DNA of 64,000 bases from Escherichia coli O127:H6 str. E2348/69 (GTDB lineage: Bacteria > Pseudomonadota > Gammaproteobacteria > Enterobacterales > Enterobacteriaceae), in NCBI RefSeq assembly GCF_000026545.1, contig NC_011601.1; one strand, given 5' to 3'. The position numbers and the translations under genes were made by a program. The notes under the pieces were generated by a model that saw only the letters and a program-made list of their open reading frames with translations, ran no database searches and had not been told where the DNA came from. Below are positions 21,629 through 35,678 of this stretch, one piece after another; the first letter of the stretch is position 1, and the number at the start of each line of letters is the position of its first letter.

Positions 21629-22960
21629 TCAAGAAAATGCCAGGAACGGAGAAACACAAAGCAACAAACCAGTGACGATAATCAGGTACAGAGACATCCC
21701 TTTGTATTTGTGCAATGCCGGTACTTTGTAAACCAGCCACGCCGGGATCAGGCACCCTACCATGCCGAAAATCGGGCTACAGATAGAGGTGAAGCTCAAC
21801 ACCGGGGCGTTCAGTACGATGGCGCTCCAGGCCAGCAAAATGGCGAAAATCATGATGCCGCGCTGAACGAGATTTTCGTTAATCTTCTCGGCAGGTATCT
21901 TGCGACGCAGGATGTTCATTACGATCCCTTGCGTTGCTTCGCGAAAGCCTAAATAGACGCCAAAGAATGCCGTCATTACAGCAAAGATATTGAGAATGAC
22001 GCTGACTACTTTCACCCACGCTGCGCCATCACCGCTAATAAACTGTGCGGCAATCGCCAGCGCGGAAATATTCTGCTCGTAGGCTTTTACCGCTTCGTCA
22101 TGTCCCATCGCCAGCGTGAACGACACGGCGTAGAAAAAGACGGTAACAAACAAAATGCCAAACGCGATATTCATTGCCCGCAATGCTTTATGCCGCGCCA
22201 CTTCAATTGATTTTTCCCGCGAACGATAAGAGATCACCATCGGGCTTAACGTCTGGATAAACAGAATCGACGTCAGGGTAAACGGCAGCGTAATAATGGC
22301 GTTTTTCATCAGCAGTCCCAGCGGCGGTAGCGAACCGACGTTATACAGATGCCACATTCCCACCATCGACACGCCCAGCGCCGCGACCACCAGCAGCTTG
22401 GTCAGCACCATGCCGGTCGAAATTTTGAATAACAATTTCTCGCCGCGTGAGGAGATCGCCACCAGAATGCAAATCAGTACCAGACCATAAAAGGGACTGT
22501 CTGACAGCAACCCTTCCGTCACGCCGAAGGTATGCAGGTAGGAAGCACTATCGTTGGTGATGGCGGTGGAATAGACGAACATCCAAATCACCAGCATTAC
22601 GAAATAGAGTGCACCTAACAGGATGCCCCAGTTTTTACCTAAATAACCGCTGATGACGCTCGGGTAATCTTTACACTCCGGTGATTCTGCCAGCGTATTA
22701 ATAAACAACCGCTGAAACAGATACATTGCCGGGTAACCAATCACCGATGAGAGCAAAAATACCCACAATCCCATCAAACCGACCTGCACCGGGAGAAAAA
22801 CAATCCCCGCGCCAATCGCCATCCCGATACTCATAATCACCCAGCCGGTGTCAGTACTGTCGAATTTGATCGCTTCTCGCCACTCGCTCTCACTCATTCC
22901 AGCACGACCCGCCGGGGTCGAAGCGTCTGCAATGACGCCTTTATTCGATGCAATTTCCAT
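21629..22960 (-). CDS. cyuP: Cysteine/serine transporter (HAAAP family)
   Basis: 443-aa polytopic ORF (formerly yhaO). Confidence 0.9.
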   Translation of the reverse strand: MEIASNKGVIADASTPAGRAGMSESEWREAIKFDSTDTGWVIMSIGMAIGAGIVFLPVQVGLMGLWVFLLSSVIGYPAMYLFQRLFINTLAESPECKDYPSVISGYLGKNWGILLGALYFVMLVIWMFVYSTAITNDSASYLHTFGVTEGLLSDSPFYGLVLICILVAISSRGEKLLFKISTGMVLTKLLVVAALGVSMVGMWHLYNVGSLPPLGLLMKNAIITLPFTLTSILFIQTLSPMVISYRSREKSIEVARHKALRAMNIAFGILFVTVFFYAVSFTLAMGHDEAVKAYEQNISALAIAAQFISGDGAAWVKVVSVILNIFAVMTAFFGVYLGFREATQGIVMNILRRKIPAEKINENLVQRGIMIFAILLAWSAIVLNAPVLSFTSICSPIFGMVGCLIPAWLVYKVPALHKYKGMSLYLIIVTGLLLCVSPFLAFS

Positions 22961-23186
22961 AATTTCTCGCTCAATATTTTGTAGGGCTTATTATTTTTTT
23001 CCGAGCCGCATCAAGGCGATATGCGGTCTACGTTTTTGCAGGCGAGTTATTAGAATAAAGAAATGATACGCGTGAGATCAGAGAAAATCTTCACAATCAA
23101 GACTTTTAAATAGCAATTGTGGGTAATAATTTTCTATTAAATTGAGTTAATAGAAATAATTATTCTCTATTTGCGGCAGACCACAA

Positions 23187-23214
23187 TAAAAAAGGGTGCA
23201 CATTTTGTGCACCC
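23187..23214 (-). terminator. Rho-independent terminator after tdcG
   Basis: gggtgcac-aaaat-gtgcaccc followed by T-run on the minus strand. Confidence 0.7.
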
Positions 23215-23237
23215 AAGGATGATAGCTGACAGCAATG

Positions 23238-24602
23238 TCAGCCGCAGACCACTTTAATAGCCAGTCCTCCGCGTGATGTTTCGCGGTATTTATCGTTCAT
23301 ATCTTTGCCGGTTTCATACATCGTCTCGATCACTTTATCGAGTGAAACACGCGGTGCCGAGGTGCGGCGCATCGCCATCCGCGCGGCGTTTACTGCTTTC
23401 ACGGCATTAATGGCATTACGTTCAATGCACGGGATTTGTACCTGTCCGGCAACCGGATCGCAGGTCAGCCCAAGGTTATGCTCCATCGCGATTTCTGCCG
23501 CATTGCATACCTGCGCCGGACTGCCACCCAGTAGTTCAGTTAACCCTGCCGCTGCCATTGAACAGGCCACGCCAATCTCCCCCTGACAGCCGACTTCCGC
23601 GCCAGAGATGGAGGCGTTCATTTTATACAGCGCGCCAATTGCCCCCGCTGCCAGAAAATAGCGGGCAATTGACCGCTCGTTTACCGGACGACGGAACTTA
23701 TCGTAATAAGCCAGCACTGCCGGAATAATGCCGCACGCACCGTTAGTCGGTGCCGTTACCACGCGCCCGCCAGCTGCGTTTTCTTCACTAACCGCCAGCG
23801 CGTACATGTTGATCCAGTCGATGACATTCATCGGATCGTTAGAGATGTTATCGCTGGAAACCAGTTGACGACGCAGCGCTACGGCACGGCGCGGCACATT
23901 GAGCGGACCAGGCAGCACGCCTTCAGTATTCATTCCACGTTCAATACCGTCATGCATCACTTGCCAGATACGGGCAAACCCTGCGTCAATTTCCGCTTTA
24001 CTGCGCAGCGCCAGCTCGTTGTGCATCATCAGGCCAGATATAGACAGGCCGTTGTAATCACACATTTTCAGCAGTTCACCTGCTGAGTGGAAATCGTAAG
24101 GTACGGGTGTTTCGACATCGTGCGACAGGCCGAAGTGTTCTTCTTCGACAATAAACCCGCCGCCGACAGAGTAATAGGTTTTGCTTAATAGCTCTTCCTG
24201 TCCCTTCCAGGCAGTGATCCGCATTCCGTTCTCATGGCGAGGCAACATTTCGGGATGGAAGATAATGTTCTTTGCTACAGGAAAATCAACAACATGCGCG
24301 CCAGAAGCCACCGGCAACCGCCCGCTGCGCGTCACTAACTCTATAAATGCAGGGATCTCATCAATGACAACATCCTGCGGACTGTTTCCTGCCAGTCCCA
24401 TGATGATGGCGACATCCGTGGCATGGCCTTTGCCCGTCAGTGACAACGACCCGTACAGATCGACCACAATATGGCTCGTCGCGGTTAATAAGCCGCTACT
24501 TTCCAGCCGATCAATAAAACTTTTTCCGGCATTCATTGGCCCCACAGTATGCGAACTGGAGGGACCAATCCCAATTTTGAAAATATCGAATGCACTAATC
24601 AT
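23238..24602 (-). CDS. tdcG: L-serine dehydratase (Fe-S)
   Basis: ORF 23238..24608; start [19 protein letters not shown] gives 454 aa. Confidence 0.9.
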   Translation of the reverse strand: MISAFDIFKIGIGPSSSHTVGPMNAGKSFIDRLESSGLLTATSHIVVDLYGSLSLTGKGHATDVAIIMGLAGNSPQDVVIDEIPAFIELVTRSGRLPVASGAHVVDFPVAKNIIFHPEMLPRHENGMRITAWKGQEELLSKTYYSVGGGFIVEEEHFGLSHDVETPVPYDFHSAGELLKMCDYNGLSISGLMMHNELALRSKAEIDAGFARIWQVMHDGIERGMNTEGVLPGPLNVPRRAVALRRQLVSSDNISNDPMNVIDWINMYALAVSEENAAGGRVVTAPTNGACGIIPAVLAYYDKFRRPVNERSIARYFLAAGAIGALYKMNASISGAEVGCQGEIGVACSMAAAGLTELLGGSPAQVCNAAEIAMEHNLGLTCDPVAGQVQIPCIERNAINAVKAVNAARMAMRRTSAPRVSLDKVIETMYETGKDMNDKYRETSRGGLAIKVVCG

Positions 24603-24673
24603 ATCCACACCCTCGGATTGCCGTTCAGTAAAGTGGAGCGGAACGACCTTGCGACCGTCCCGCTCACGAGGCC

Positions 24674-25063
24674 TTACGCACTACGTACTGCGATGGCTTC
24701 AATTTCCAACTTCACATCTTTCGGCAAACGCGCGACCTGCACACAGCTCCGGGTCGGGTAGGTCGCCTGATGTTCATCGAAGAACTGCTTATAGACTTCA
24801 TTGATGGTGGCAAAATCATTCAGATCGGTGATGAACACGGTCATCTTGATGATATCGCCCACACTCAGCCCGGCAGCAACCACGATCGCTTTGACGTTTT
24901 CGAGGCTTAAACGCGCCTGATCTTGCACATCAGCCGGGATCTCACCGGTCTGTGGGCAAACCGGAATTTGCCCGGAGGTGAAGACCATGCTGCCTAAATC
25001 AACGCCCTGAACATAAGGGCCGATTGCGCCTGGGGCACGTTGCGTTTCGATAATCTTTTTCAT
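24674..25063 (-). CDS. tdcF: RidA-family enamine/imine deaminase
   Basis: ORF 24674..25126; start MKKIIETQRAPGAIGPY gives 129 aa. Confidence 0.9.
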   Translation of the reverse strand: MKKIIETQRAPGAIGPYVQGVDLGSMVFTSGQIPVCPQTGEIPADVQDQARLSLENVKAIVVAAGLSVGDIIKMTVFITDLNDFATINEVYKQFFDEHQATYPTRSCVQVARLPKDVKLEIEAIAVRSA

Positions 25064-25076
25064 ACATCCTCCGGCG

Positions 25077-27371
25077 TCAGAGCGCCTGGGTAAAGGTACG
25101 TGAAATAACATCCTGTTGCTGTTCACGGGTCAGTGCGTTAAAGCGCACGGCGTAGCCAGAGACACGGATTGTCAGGTTAGGATATTTTTCCGGGTGCTCG
25201 ATGGCATCCAGCAGCATTTCCCGATTCATTACGTTGACGTTGAGGTGTTGACCGCCTTCGACATCCGCTTCGTGGTGGAAATACCCATCCAGCAGGCCGA
25301 CAAGGTTCGTTTTACGTATCGGATCTTCTTTGCCCAGCGCCGCAGGGACGATGGAGAAGGTGTACGAGATCCCATCTTTGGCGTAGGTGAACGGCAGTTT
25401 CGCCACCGACGTCAATGAGGCCACGGCGCCTTTGCGATCACGACCGTGCATCGGGTTAGCGCCCGGCGCGAACGGTGTTCCGGCGCGGCGACCGTCCGGC
25501 GTGTTCCCGGTTTTCTGACCGTACACCACGTTAGAGGTGATAGTCAGAATCGATTGGGTCGGCACAGCATTGCGATAGGTTGGCAAAGCTTTAATTTTCT
25601 TCATAAAGCGTTCAACCAGATCGCAGGCAATGCTGTCTACGCGCTCGTCGTTGTTGCCATACTGCGGATATTCGCCGTCAATCTCGAAATCCACCGCCAG
25701 GCCGTTTTCATCACGGATTGGTTTCACACGAGCATATTTGATGGCAGACAGGGAGTCCGTTGCCACCGACAGGCCCGCGATGCCGCACGCCATGGTGCGA
25801 TAGACATCACGATCATGTAGCGCCATCAGCGAAGCTTCGTAGCTGTACTTGTCGTGCATGTAGTGAATGATATTCAGCGCGCTGATGTACTGTACCGCCA
25901 GCCAGTCCATGAAGTGGTCGAGGCTATCCATCACTTTGTCGTAGTCCAGCACGTCATCCATCAACGGAGCCGTTTTCGGGCCAACCTGAATCTTCAGCTT
26001 CTCGTCCATTCCGCCGTTGATTGCGTACAGCAGTGTTTTCGCCAGGTTAGCGCGTGCTCCAAAGAACTGCATTTGCTTACCAATCACCATTGGGCTGACG
26101 CAACAGGCAATCGCGTAATCGTCGCTATTGAAGTCAGTACGCATCAGATCGTCGTTTTCATACTGCAAAGAAGATGTGACGATAGACACCTGCGCGGCAT
26201 ATTTTTTGAAGGCAATCGGCAAGGCTTCCGACCACAGAATAGTCAGGTTAGGTTCCGGTGCAGGCCCCATAGTGTGCAGGGTGTGCAAATAGCGGAAGGA
26301 GTTTTTGGTCACCAGGGTTCGACCGTCCAGCCCCATCCCGCCGATCACTTCCGTCGCCCAGATCGGGTCGCCGGAGAACAGCGAATCAAATTCCGGCGTA
26401 CGCAAGAAGCGCACCATACGGATCTTCATGATGAAGTGGTCGATCAGTTCCTGTGCCTGCTGCTCATTGAGTACGCCTGCTTTAAAGTCGCGCTCAATGT
26501 AGATATCGAGGAACGATGCCGTGCGCCCCAGCGACATCGCGCCGCCATTTTGCGATTTCACTGCCGCCAGGTAAGCGAAGTAGATCCACTGCACGGCTTC
26601 TTGTGCATTCTGCGCCGGACGAGAGATATCAAAGCCATATTTCGCCGCCATTTCCTGAATCTGTAACAGCGCACGGCGATGTTCTGCCAGTTCCTCACGC
26701 AGACGGATCGTGGCTTCGAGATCTTCGCCTTTTTCCAGACGGGACTGGAGATCGGCAAACTGCAGTTCGCGTTCACGTACCAGATAACTGATGCCGTACA
26801 GTGCCACACGGCGATAGTCACCGATGATACGCCCACGACCATAACCATCTGGTAAACCGGTCAGTACACCAGATTTACGGCAGCGCAGCATATCCGGTGA
26901 GTAAACATCAAATACGCCCTGGTTATGGGTTTTACGCAGATCGGTAAAGATGTATTCAAATTCGCTATCCATTTCACGACCATACGCGTGGAATGAACTT
27001 CTAATCATATTAATGCCGCCGAACGGATGCAGTGCACGCTTTAATGGCGCATCCGTTTGCAGACCCACTATTTTTTCCAGCGGCTGGTCAATATATCCTG
27101 CATCATGAGCGGTAATTGTGGTGGCAATATTGGTATCGAAATCCAATGGCGCGTGAGTCGCATTTTCGATACGGATGCCTTCCATGACTTTTTCCCACAA
27201 TTCCGTGGTGGCAGGCGTCGCTTCGGCGAGAAAAGATTCATCGCCTTCATAAGGTGTATAGTTATGTTGAATAAAATCGCGGACATTAATTTCGTTTTTC
27301 CAGTCCGTACCTTTAAAGCCAAGCCATGCGTCGGCGTACAGCTTATCGCTGGTATCAATATCTACCTTCAT
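25077..27371 (-). CDS. tdcE: 2-ketobutyrate/pyruvate formate-lyase
   Basis: 764-aa ORF; glycyl-radical C-terminal region (RVSGYAV). Confidence 0.95.
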   Translation of the reverse strand: MKVDIDTSDKLYADAWLGFKGTDWKNEINVRDFIQHNYTPYEGDESFLAEATPATTELWEKVMEGIRIENATHAPLDFDTNIATTITAHDAGYIDQPLEKIVGLQTDAPLKRALHPFGGINMIRSSFHAYGREMDSEFEYIFTDLRKTHNQGVFDVYSPDMLRCRKSGVLTGLPDGYGRGRIIGDYRRVALYGISYLVRERELQFADLQSRLEKGEDLEATIRLREELAEHRRALLQIQEMAAKYGFDISRPAQNAQEAVQWIYFAYLAAVKSQNGGAMSLGRTASFLDIYIERDFKAGVLNEQQAQELIDHFIMKIRMVRFLRTPEFDSLFSGDPIWATEVIGGMGLDGRTLVTKNSFRYLHTLHTMGPAPEPNLTILWSEALPIAFKKYAAQVSIVTSSLQYENDDLMRTDFNSDDYAIACCVSPMVIGKQMQFFGARANLAKTLLYAINGGMDEKLKIQVGPKTAPLMDDVLDYDKVMDSLDHFMDWLAVQYISALNIIHYMHDKYSYEASLMALHDRDVYRTMACGIAGLSVATDSLSAIKYARVKPIRDENGLAVDFEIDGEYPQYGNNDERVDSIACDLVERFMKKIKALPTYRNAVPTQSILTITSNVVYGQKTGNTPDGRRAGTPFAPGANPMHGRDRKGAVASLTSVAKLPFTYAKDGISYTFSIVPAALGKEDPIRKTNLVGLLDGYFHHEADVEGGQHLNVNVMNREMLLDAIEHPEKYPNLTIRVSGYAVRFNALTREQQQDVISRTFTQAL

Positions 27372-27404
27372 GAAAAATAATCTCTCTACAATACTTCAAC
27401 TAAA

Positions 27405-28613
27405 TTATGCAAATTCTGCGGGCGCGTTCACTTTGCCTAAATGAATGGCATCCAAAGCAATCATTTTTTCTTCGTTAGTCGGAATTACGGCGCAAATGAC
27501 ACGCGCATTTTCACTGGAAACAATTCGCTCTCCAAAAGAGTTAGAGCGATTATTCATTTCTGTATCAATCTCTACGCCTAATACAGCTAAATGTTCCATG
27601 ACCAGACGACGAATTAAACTTGAATTCTCTCCTATTCCGCCGGTGAATATAATTCCATCCAGGCGATGTAATGAAGCAGCGTGTCCGGCAATATGACGGG
27701 CAATTCGGTGAACAAAGGTTTTAATTGCCAGTTGCGCGCGTTCGTGACCTTCATGCCAGGCTTTTTCCAGAACACGTAAATCCGAAGAAAGGCCGGAAAT
27801 ACCTAATAATCCCGACTCTTTATTCACTACGCGTTCCAGGTCCCCCAGGCTCTGGTTGGTTTGGCTGGCAATCCAGGACATCGCCCCGAAGTCGACATCA
27901 CCACTGCGGGTACCCATCATCAAGCCTTCCAGCGGCGTCATTCCCATGGAAGTATCAACGCTCTGGCCGTTGCGAACCGCACAGATTGACGCGCCATTGC
28001 CAAGATGCGCCACAACCAGGCCGGAGTCATCTTCCGCCAGATTCAGCAGAGAATGTGCGCGCTGGGAAACATAGCGGTGCGACGTGCCGTGGAAACCATA
28101 ACGGCGTACACCTAACTCTTCATAATATTTCCACGGCAGGCCGTATAAATAAGCTTCCGGAGCCATCGTCTGGTGGAAACTGGTATCAAATACCGCCACC
28201 TGAGTTACGCCCGGGAATAATTGCTGCGCCGATTCAATGCCACTTAAATTGGCGTAATTATGCAGGGGTGCCAGTGGAGAAACGCGACGGATATTATCAA
28301 TGACTTCATCGGTAATAATGGCGGACTCGGTAAAAATACTGCCGCCGTGAGCGATGCGGTGGCCAATTAAGGCCACATTGTCATTTAAATTCCGTTTTTC
28401 CAGTTCAAATGCAATTGCCTTCAATGCACCTTCGTAGCTGTGGTGAGCCAGCGGTGCTGGCTCTCCCCCATTTACGGATAAGAATGCATTTTCCGAGTTA
28501 ATACCGTCGGCAATACCTGACATTAATACTTCACAGTCGCTGGCATTGAGTACGGAAAACTTAATCGAAGACGAACCACAGTTAATAACCAAAACAACCG
28601 GAAATTCATTCAT
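27405..28613 (-). CDS. tdcD: Propionate/acetate kinase
   Basis: ORF 27405..28625; start [16 protein letters not shown] gives 402 aa. Confidence 0.95.
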   Translation of the reverse strand: MNEFPVVLVINCGSSSIKFSVLNASDCEVLMSGIADGINSENAFLSVNGGEPAPLAHHSYEGALKAIAFELEKRNLNDNVALIGHRIAHGGSIFTESAIITDEVIDNIRRVSPLAPLHNYANLSGIESAQQLFPGVTQVAVFDTSFHQTMAPEAYLYGLPWKYYEELGVRRYGFHGTSHRYVSQRAHSLLNLAEDDSGLVVAHLGNGASICAVRNGQSVDTSMGMTPLEGLMMGTRSGDVDFGAMSWIASQTNQSLGDLERVVNKESGLLGISGLSSDLRVLEKAWHEGHERAQLAIKTFVHRIARHIAGHAASLHRLDGIIFTGGIGENSSLIRRLVMEHLAVLGVEIDTEMNNRSNSFGERIVSSENARVICAVIPTNEEKMIALDAIHLGKVNAPAEFA

Positions 28614-28638
28614 CTCTTTTCTCATCCTGAGTTACGGA

Positions 28639-29973
<1,335 letters not shown>

Positions 29974-29991
29974 CTATCCTCAACGAATTAA

Positions 29992-30981
29992 TTAAGCGTC
30001 AACGAAACCGGTGATTTGAGAGACGCGAGAAAGATCGATATTGCCGCCGGAAATAATACTGACGGTTTTTCTGTTTTGAATATATTGGTCTAATTTACCG
30101 CTTAATAATGCAGCACATGCCAGAGCGCCTGCGCCTTCGGTGACGACTTTATTGCGCTGAATTAAGGCAATCATACTGTTTCTGATTTCGTCTTCGCTGA
30201 CCAGCACGATGTCATCGACTAATTCACGAACGATTTCGTAAGTTAAATTACCCGGGCGGGAGACATCACAACCATCCGCCAGGGTGCCGGTAGTTCGGTG
30301 CGTAGTTATTTCTCCGGAGTGGAAAGAAGCCGCCATGCCGTGAACGTTTTCAGACTGTACGCCAATAACACGGATGGTCGGGTTGATAGATTTAATTGCC
30401 ACCGCAATACCAGCAATTAAACCGCCGCCGCCAATTGGCACAATCACGTTATCGACATCATAGAGATCTTCCATAATTTCCAGACCAATCGTTCCCTGGC
30501 CAGCAATCACTTTCGGATCATCGTAAGGTGGGATAAAAATACGGCCTTCCATTTCGACAATTTCGCTCACTTTAGCAATAGTGTCGTTGAAGTTATCACC
30601 ATGCAAAACGACTTCTGCGGAGTAGTCGCACGTTGCCGCGACTTTGGATTTCGGCGCACCTTTTGGCATCACCACTTTACCGTCAATACCCAGCATCGCA
30701 CAGGAGAGCGAAACCCCTTGCGCATGGTTGCCCGCAGAGCAGGCCACTACACCTTTACGTTTTTCCGCATCAGTCAGTGAACTTAATTTATTAAATGCGC
30801 CACGAATTTTAAATGAACCGGTACGCTGCATGTTTTCGAATTTGAGGAATATTTCACCTTTGCAACGTTCACTAAAATAGTTGGAGCGAGGCATACCTGT
30901 TTTATAAATTCGCCCAGCCAGTCGTTGTTTTGCTTCAATGATGTCATCAATAGCAACCGGGAGATCGTATGTAATATGCAT
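29992..30981 (-). CDS. tdcB: Catabolic threonine dehydratase (PLP)
   Basis: 329-aa ORF; PLP-lysine motif SFKIRGA. Confidence 0.95.
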
Positions 30982-31079
30982 TATAAAACCTCTTAGCCTG
31001 AATTAAATATGTAGGTAACCGTAACCGACACCTGCAAAACAGACAGGTGGATTATTTATGTTTAAATTAAAACAAATAA

Positions 31080-32018
31080 CTAATCAACTTCAATTAATTG
31101 CCTTCGTCTACACCCATTATAAGATGAATACTCTTTGGCTAATTCCACCAAAACCGATGCTGCTTTTTTAATACGATAATTTTTCGACCATACCGCGGCA
31201 TATTGTGCCACAGGTAATGTTTCTTCAACCGGAATAGTAATAAATTGATTAGAACCAAAAGGTGATGTCATATCACAAGGAATTACAGTTAAGAAATCAG
31301 CATTGAGAACAAGATTATAAATTGTCACGACTGAGTCGGTTTTAACGATGTTTTCAATACTGATGCCATTTCTTTGTAACGTAGTAAGTAGTTCGCTGTA
31401 GTACCCCATATTGGTTTGTGGCAACACCCACTGTTCGTTCTTCAACGACTCCAGCGTGGTGGTGCCGGTGCATGTTCGGGACTTACTGGCTACCAGCACA
31501 AACTCGGACTCGAACAGCGGCTCAACATGTAAATCCTGAAGCTTCATTTCTGCGCTTAACGTACCAATCGCAAAATCCAGTCGACCGTCGCGGATTGCCG
31601 GTAAGAACGAAGACAGTTGCGCTTCATACATAGAAACCTGCGCTTTCGGGAACACCTCTTTGAACTTGTTGATCATCCCTGACATAAAAGTAAAACCAAT
31701 CAATGAAGGAAAACCAAATGAGACTTCCACCACCGCCTCAGAAGACATACCGCTTATCTCATTAACCATATTTTTCATTTCACGGGTAATGGATTCGGAA
31801 CGGGAGAGTAACAATTGACCGGCAGGTGTTAATGTTACACCGGTATTTTTCCGCACCACTAACTCCACCCCAAAATAATCTTCAATATCGTTAATGATTT
31901 TACTGACGGCCGGTTGAGTTAACCCTAACTCTTTTGCAGCCGAGCCGATAGAACCACTTCTAATAACTTCCTGAAAGACTACCAGGTGCTGCGTTTTCGG
32001 AAGAAGAATAGTGCTCAT
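31080..32018 (-). CDS. tdcA: LysR-family activator of the tdc operon
   Basis: 312-aa ORF with N-terminal HTH. Confidence 0.95.
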   Translation of the reverse strand: MSTILLPKTQHLVVFQEVIRSGSIGSAAKELGLTQPAVSKIINDIEDYFGVELVVRKNTGVTLTPAGQLLLSRSESITREMKNMVNEISGMSSEAVVEVSFGFPSLIGFTFMSGMINKFKEVFPKAQVSMYEAQLSSFLPAIRDGRLDFAIGTLSAEMKLQDLHVEPLFESEFVLVASKSRTCTGTTTLESLKNEQWVLPQTNMGYYSELLTTLQRNGISIENIVKTDSVVTIYNLVLNADFLTVIPCDMTSPFGSNQFITIPVEETLPVAQYAAVWSKNYRIKKAASVLVELAKEYSSYNGCRRRQLIEVD

Positions 32019-32082
32019 AACGACCTACGTTAATTACCTCATTGACGGCATGAAGTGTATCAAAATGAAATGAACAGGATAT

Positions 32083-32098
32083 GTGCGACCACTCACAA
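32083..32098. promoter_or_regulatory. Candidate CRP site in the tdc promoter region
   Basis: tgtgcgaccactcaca resembles TGTGA-N6-TCACA; lies 65-80 bp upstream of the tdcA start. Confidence 0.4.
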
Positions 32099-32332
32099 AT
32101 TAACTTTCAATACTTTCCATGGCATCGTCACCACAATTAAATACCTTTAAGTATCAACAAGTTAAAGTATGAAAATCAGCATAAACCCTGATTTTTGTCA
32201 AAAAAAATGACGGGGATAACCATATTTTATGGCGATAACATCATTCGTTATGTGGTTAATACAAAAAAGGGGCTGAGACTATATTTCAAGCAATTACCGG
32301 ATAATTACCAGGCAAAATTTGAGTTAAATTTA

Positions 32333-32551
32333 ATGAGTAAGTTCTCAAATTTTATTATAAACAAACCATTTTCAGCGATAAATAATGCGGCACGTCACAT
32401 TTTTTCACGCTATTTGTTGGAGAACAAACATTTATTTTATCAATATCTTAAAATTTCGAATACAGGTATTGATCATCTCGAACAATTGATTAACGTCAAC
32501 CTTTTCTCTTCTGACAGAATGTCATTTTGTGAATGCAATCGTTTTCCATAA
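32333..32551 (+). CDS. tdcR: Small regulator TdcR
   Basis: ORF 32195..32551; internal start MSKFSNFIINKPF gives 72 aa; divergent from tdcA. Confidence 0.75.
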   Translation: MSKFSNFIINKPFSAINNAARHIFSRYLLENKHLFYQYLKISNTGIDHLEQLINVNLFSSDRMSFCECNRFP

Positions 32552-33074
32552 ATTCTTCTCCCCTCATAGGCAACGAATAGCATTTTGTGTTGAGGATCAC
32601 AAAACGAATAATTGCTGGTCGCCGCGATAAGGTCAGACGAAGTCAACAAGGAGGATTTTCGCTGTGCTTTACATCAGCGTAGGCCATAGAATGTTGCTTC
32701 GTTGACTGTAATGCCGGGTAAATGAGCATTTTTTGATAGTGCGAAAGAACCCTGCGAGGAAAATAAGCATCTATTATTGTTTGTCATGATGACAAGGCAG
32801 GCATCAATGAAAGGCTTCTCAATTGCACATATTTTTCACTCTTCAATGCACGCAGTGGTTAACAATCACAATAGAAATATTGATTATTGGACGGTAAAAA
32901 TTTAGGTTATAACGCCCAAATGATTCAACGATCGGACAATACCTGCGAACTTACAATTAATGAGAGAAATATATGTATAATTACGACCTTTTAAATGCAA
33001 TATAGACTTAATAACTTCTTACAAAGTCTGTTATTAATACCGTAGATATTCATCTTACCCTGGGCACCAAAAGC

Positions 33075-33098
33075 AAAAACCCGCCGAAGCGGGTTTTT
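33075..33098 (-). terminator. Rho-independent terminator of rnpB
   Basis: On the minus strand: aaaaacccgcttcggcgggttttt, directly 3' of rnpB. Confidence 0.8.
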
Positions 33099-33107
33099 AC
33101 GTAAATC

Positions 33108-33484
<377 letters not shown>

Positions 33485-33516
33485 GGCGCGCAGTATAGAG
33501 GGTTTGCGCGCCCTTG

Positions 33517-34662
33517 TCACCCCGCGTTGCGCATTCCAATCGCCAGTGTCGCGGCGATATTACGTGAAGCACGGCAGATATTGTCATAAGCTCCGCGGAG
33601 TGCTTCGTCTAACGTACCAATGCTGGTCAGTACGCTGAAGACCGCATCAATGCCATGCTGATGTACAACGCCAACATCATTGGTCAGGCTACCCGCAATG
33701 CCAATCACCGGTTTATGGTACTTCTTCGCCACGTTTGCGACACCAATCGGTACCTTGCCGTGAATACTCTGGCTATCAATACGCCCTTCACCAGTGATCA
33801 CCAGCGTACAATCGTGAATATGTTCCTCCAGATTCAGCGCCGTAGTGACGATTTCAATACCACTTTTCAGTTCTGCACCAAGAAACGCCATCAGCGCCGC
33901 GCCCATACCGCCCGCAGCTCCTGCGCCGGGGACATCTTTCACATCAACATGCAGCGCTTTTTTAATGACATCGGCATAGTGAGAGAGGTTATTATCCAGC
34001 TCGACAATCATCGCCTCACAGGCTCCCTTTTGTGGGCCAAAGATGCGCGAAGCACCACTGTCGCCGACTAATGGGTTGGTGACATCACAAGCGACGCGGA
34101 TGACACAATCTTTTAAGCGCGGATCGAGACCGGAAATATCAATATCATTCAGAGTATTAAGACTACCGCCGCCAAAACCAATTTCATTGCCGTTGGCATC
34201 GCATAATTTCGCCCCCAGCGCCTGTACCATGCCTGCGCCGCCGTCGTTGGTGGCGCTGCCGCCAATGCCGATAATAATGTTTGTCGCACCGCTCTCCAGC
34301 GCCTGCAGGATTAACTCACCAGTACCGCGTGAAGTGGTCACGAGTGGATCGCGTTTTTTCGCAGGTACCAGTTCCAGCCCACTGGCCGCCGCCATTTCGA
34401 TAAACGCGGTTTTGCCATCGCCGGAGATCCCCCAACTGGCATTCACTTTCTCGCCCAGCGGCCCTGTAACCCAGGCGTGACGTTCAGCCCCCTGGGTGGC
34501 TGCAATCATCGCTTCCACCGTTCCTTCACCACCGTCGGCAACCGGAACAGAAACATACTGTGCATCAGGAAAAATTTCCCGAAATCCTTTTTCTATCGCC
34601 TGCGCAACCTCGCTGGCAGATAAACTTTCTTTATAAGAGTCTGGGGCGATTACGATTTTCAT
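33517..34662 (-). CDS. garK: Glycerate 2-kinase
   Basis: ORF 33517..34743; start MKIVIAPDSYKESL gives 381 aa. Confidence 0.9.
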   Translation of the reverse strand: MKIVIAPDSYKESLSASEVAQAIEKGFREIFPDAQYVSVPVADGGEGTVEAMIAATQGAERHAWVTGPLGEKVNASWGISGDGKTAFIEMAAASGLELVPAKKRDPLVTTSRGTGELILQALESGATNIIIGIGGSATNDGGAGMVQALGAKLCDANGNEIGFGGGSLNTLNDIDISGLDPRLKDCVIRVACDVTNPLVGDSGASRIFGPQKGACEAMIVELDNNLSHYADVIKKALHVDVKDVPGAGAAGGMGAALMAFLGAELKSGIEIVTTALNLEEHIHDCTLVITGEGRIDSQSIHGKVPIGVANVAKKYHKPVIGIAGSLTNDVGVVHQHGIDAVFSVLTSIGTLDEALRGAYDNICRASRNIAATLAIGMRNAG

Positions 34663-34758
34663 ACCTATGCCTGTTACCACATGACGCCGGAGGGCGTTTC
34701 TCTTATTCGGCCTGGATTCCAGGCCCGGATTGCAATACGCCATCCGGGCACGACGTCA

Positions 34759-35643
34759 TTAGCGAGTAACTTCGACTTTCGCCAGTTTTTCGTAGTAGCA
34801 CGCCAGGGCGCTATGATCCGCCGTTCCTAAACCATCTGCACGCAGTGCCTGCATCATCTCCATAACCGCAGCTGTGAGCGGCAGTTGCGCGCCGACGCCG
34901 TGAGAAGTATCCAGCGCATTCGCCAGATCCTTAATATGCAGATCAATACGGAAGCCCGGTTTGAAGTTGCGGTCCATCACCATCGGCGCTTTGGCATCCA
35001 GCACGGTACTGCCCGCCAGCCCACCGCGAATTGCCTGATACACCAGATCCGGGTTAACGCCCGCTTTGGTTGCCAACGTTAACGCTTCTGACATCGCAGC
35101 AATATTCAGCGCCACAATGACCTGATTTGCCAGTTTGGTGACGTTACCTGCACCGATTTCCCCGGTATGCACCACGGAACCCGCCATCGCTTTCATCAAA
35201 TCATAGTATTTGTCGAAAATAGCCTTGTCGCCGCCCACCATCACTGACAGCGTACCGTCGATGGCTTTCGGTTCACCGCCGCTCACCGGGGCGTCCAGCA
35301 TATCAATGCCTTTCGCTTTCAGCGCTTCGCTGATTTCACGGCTTGCCAGCGGTGCGATAGAACTCATATCAATCAATACCGTACCTGGCTTCGCGCCTTC
35401 AATAATGCCATTCTCACCCAGCGCCACCTCTTTCACATGAGGGGAGTTTGGCAGCATGGTTATGATGACGTCGCACTGTTCAGCGATCGCTTTAGCCGTA
35501 GAGGCTGTTTCTGCACCTGCAGCAATCACGTCAGCGATAGCTTCTGGGTTACGGTCAGCAACCACCAGCGAGTAACCTGCTTTCAAAAGGTTTTTACTCA
35601 TTGGTTTACCCATAATCCCAAGGCCAATAAAACCAACTTTCAT
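34759..35643 (-). CDS. garR: Tartronate semialdehyde reductase
   Basis: ORF 34759..35658; start MKVGFIGLGIMG gives 294 aa; NAD-binding GxGxxG. Confidence 0.9.
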   Translation of the reverse strand: MKVGFIGLGIMGKPMSKNLLKAGYSLVVADRNPEAIADVIAAGAETASTAKAIAEQCDVIITMLPNSPHVKEVALGENGIIEGAKPGTVLIDMSSIAPLASREISEALKAKGIDMLDAPVSGGEPKAIDGTLSVMVGGDKAIFDKYYDLMKAMAGSVVHTGEIGAGNVTKLANQVIVALNIAAMSEALTLATKAGVNPDLVYQAIRGGLAGSTVLDAKAPMVMDRNFKPGFRIDLHIKDLANALDTSHGVGAQLPLTAAVMEMMQALRADGLGTADHSALACYYEKLAKVEVTR

Positions 35644-35678
35644 AGTCATATCAATCATCTCTCTTATTGCGGTGGTGG

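Noticed and set aside
25854-26666. 270-aa plus-strand ORF
   Set aside because: Antisense to tdcE.
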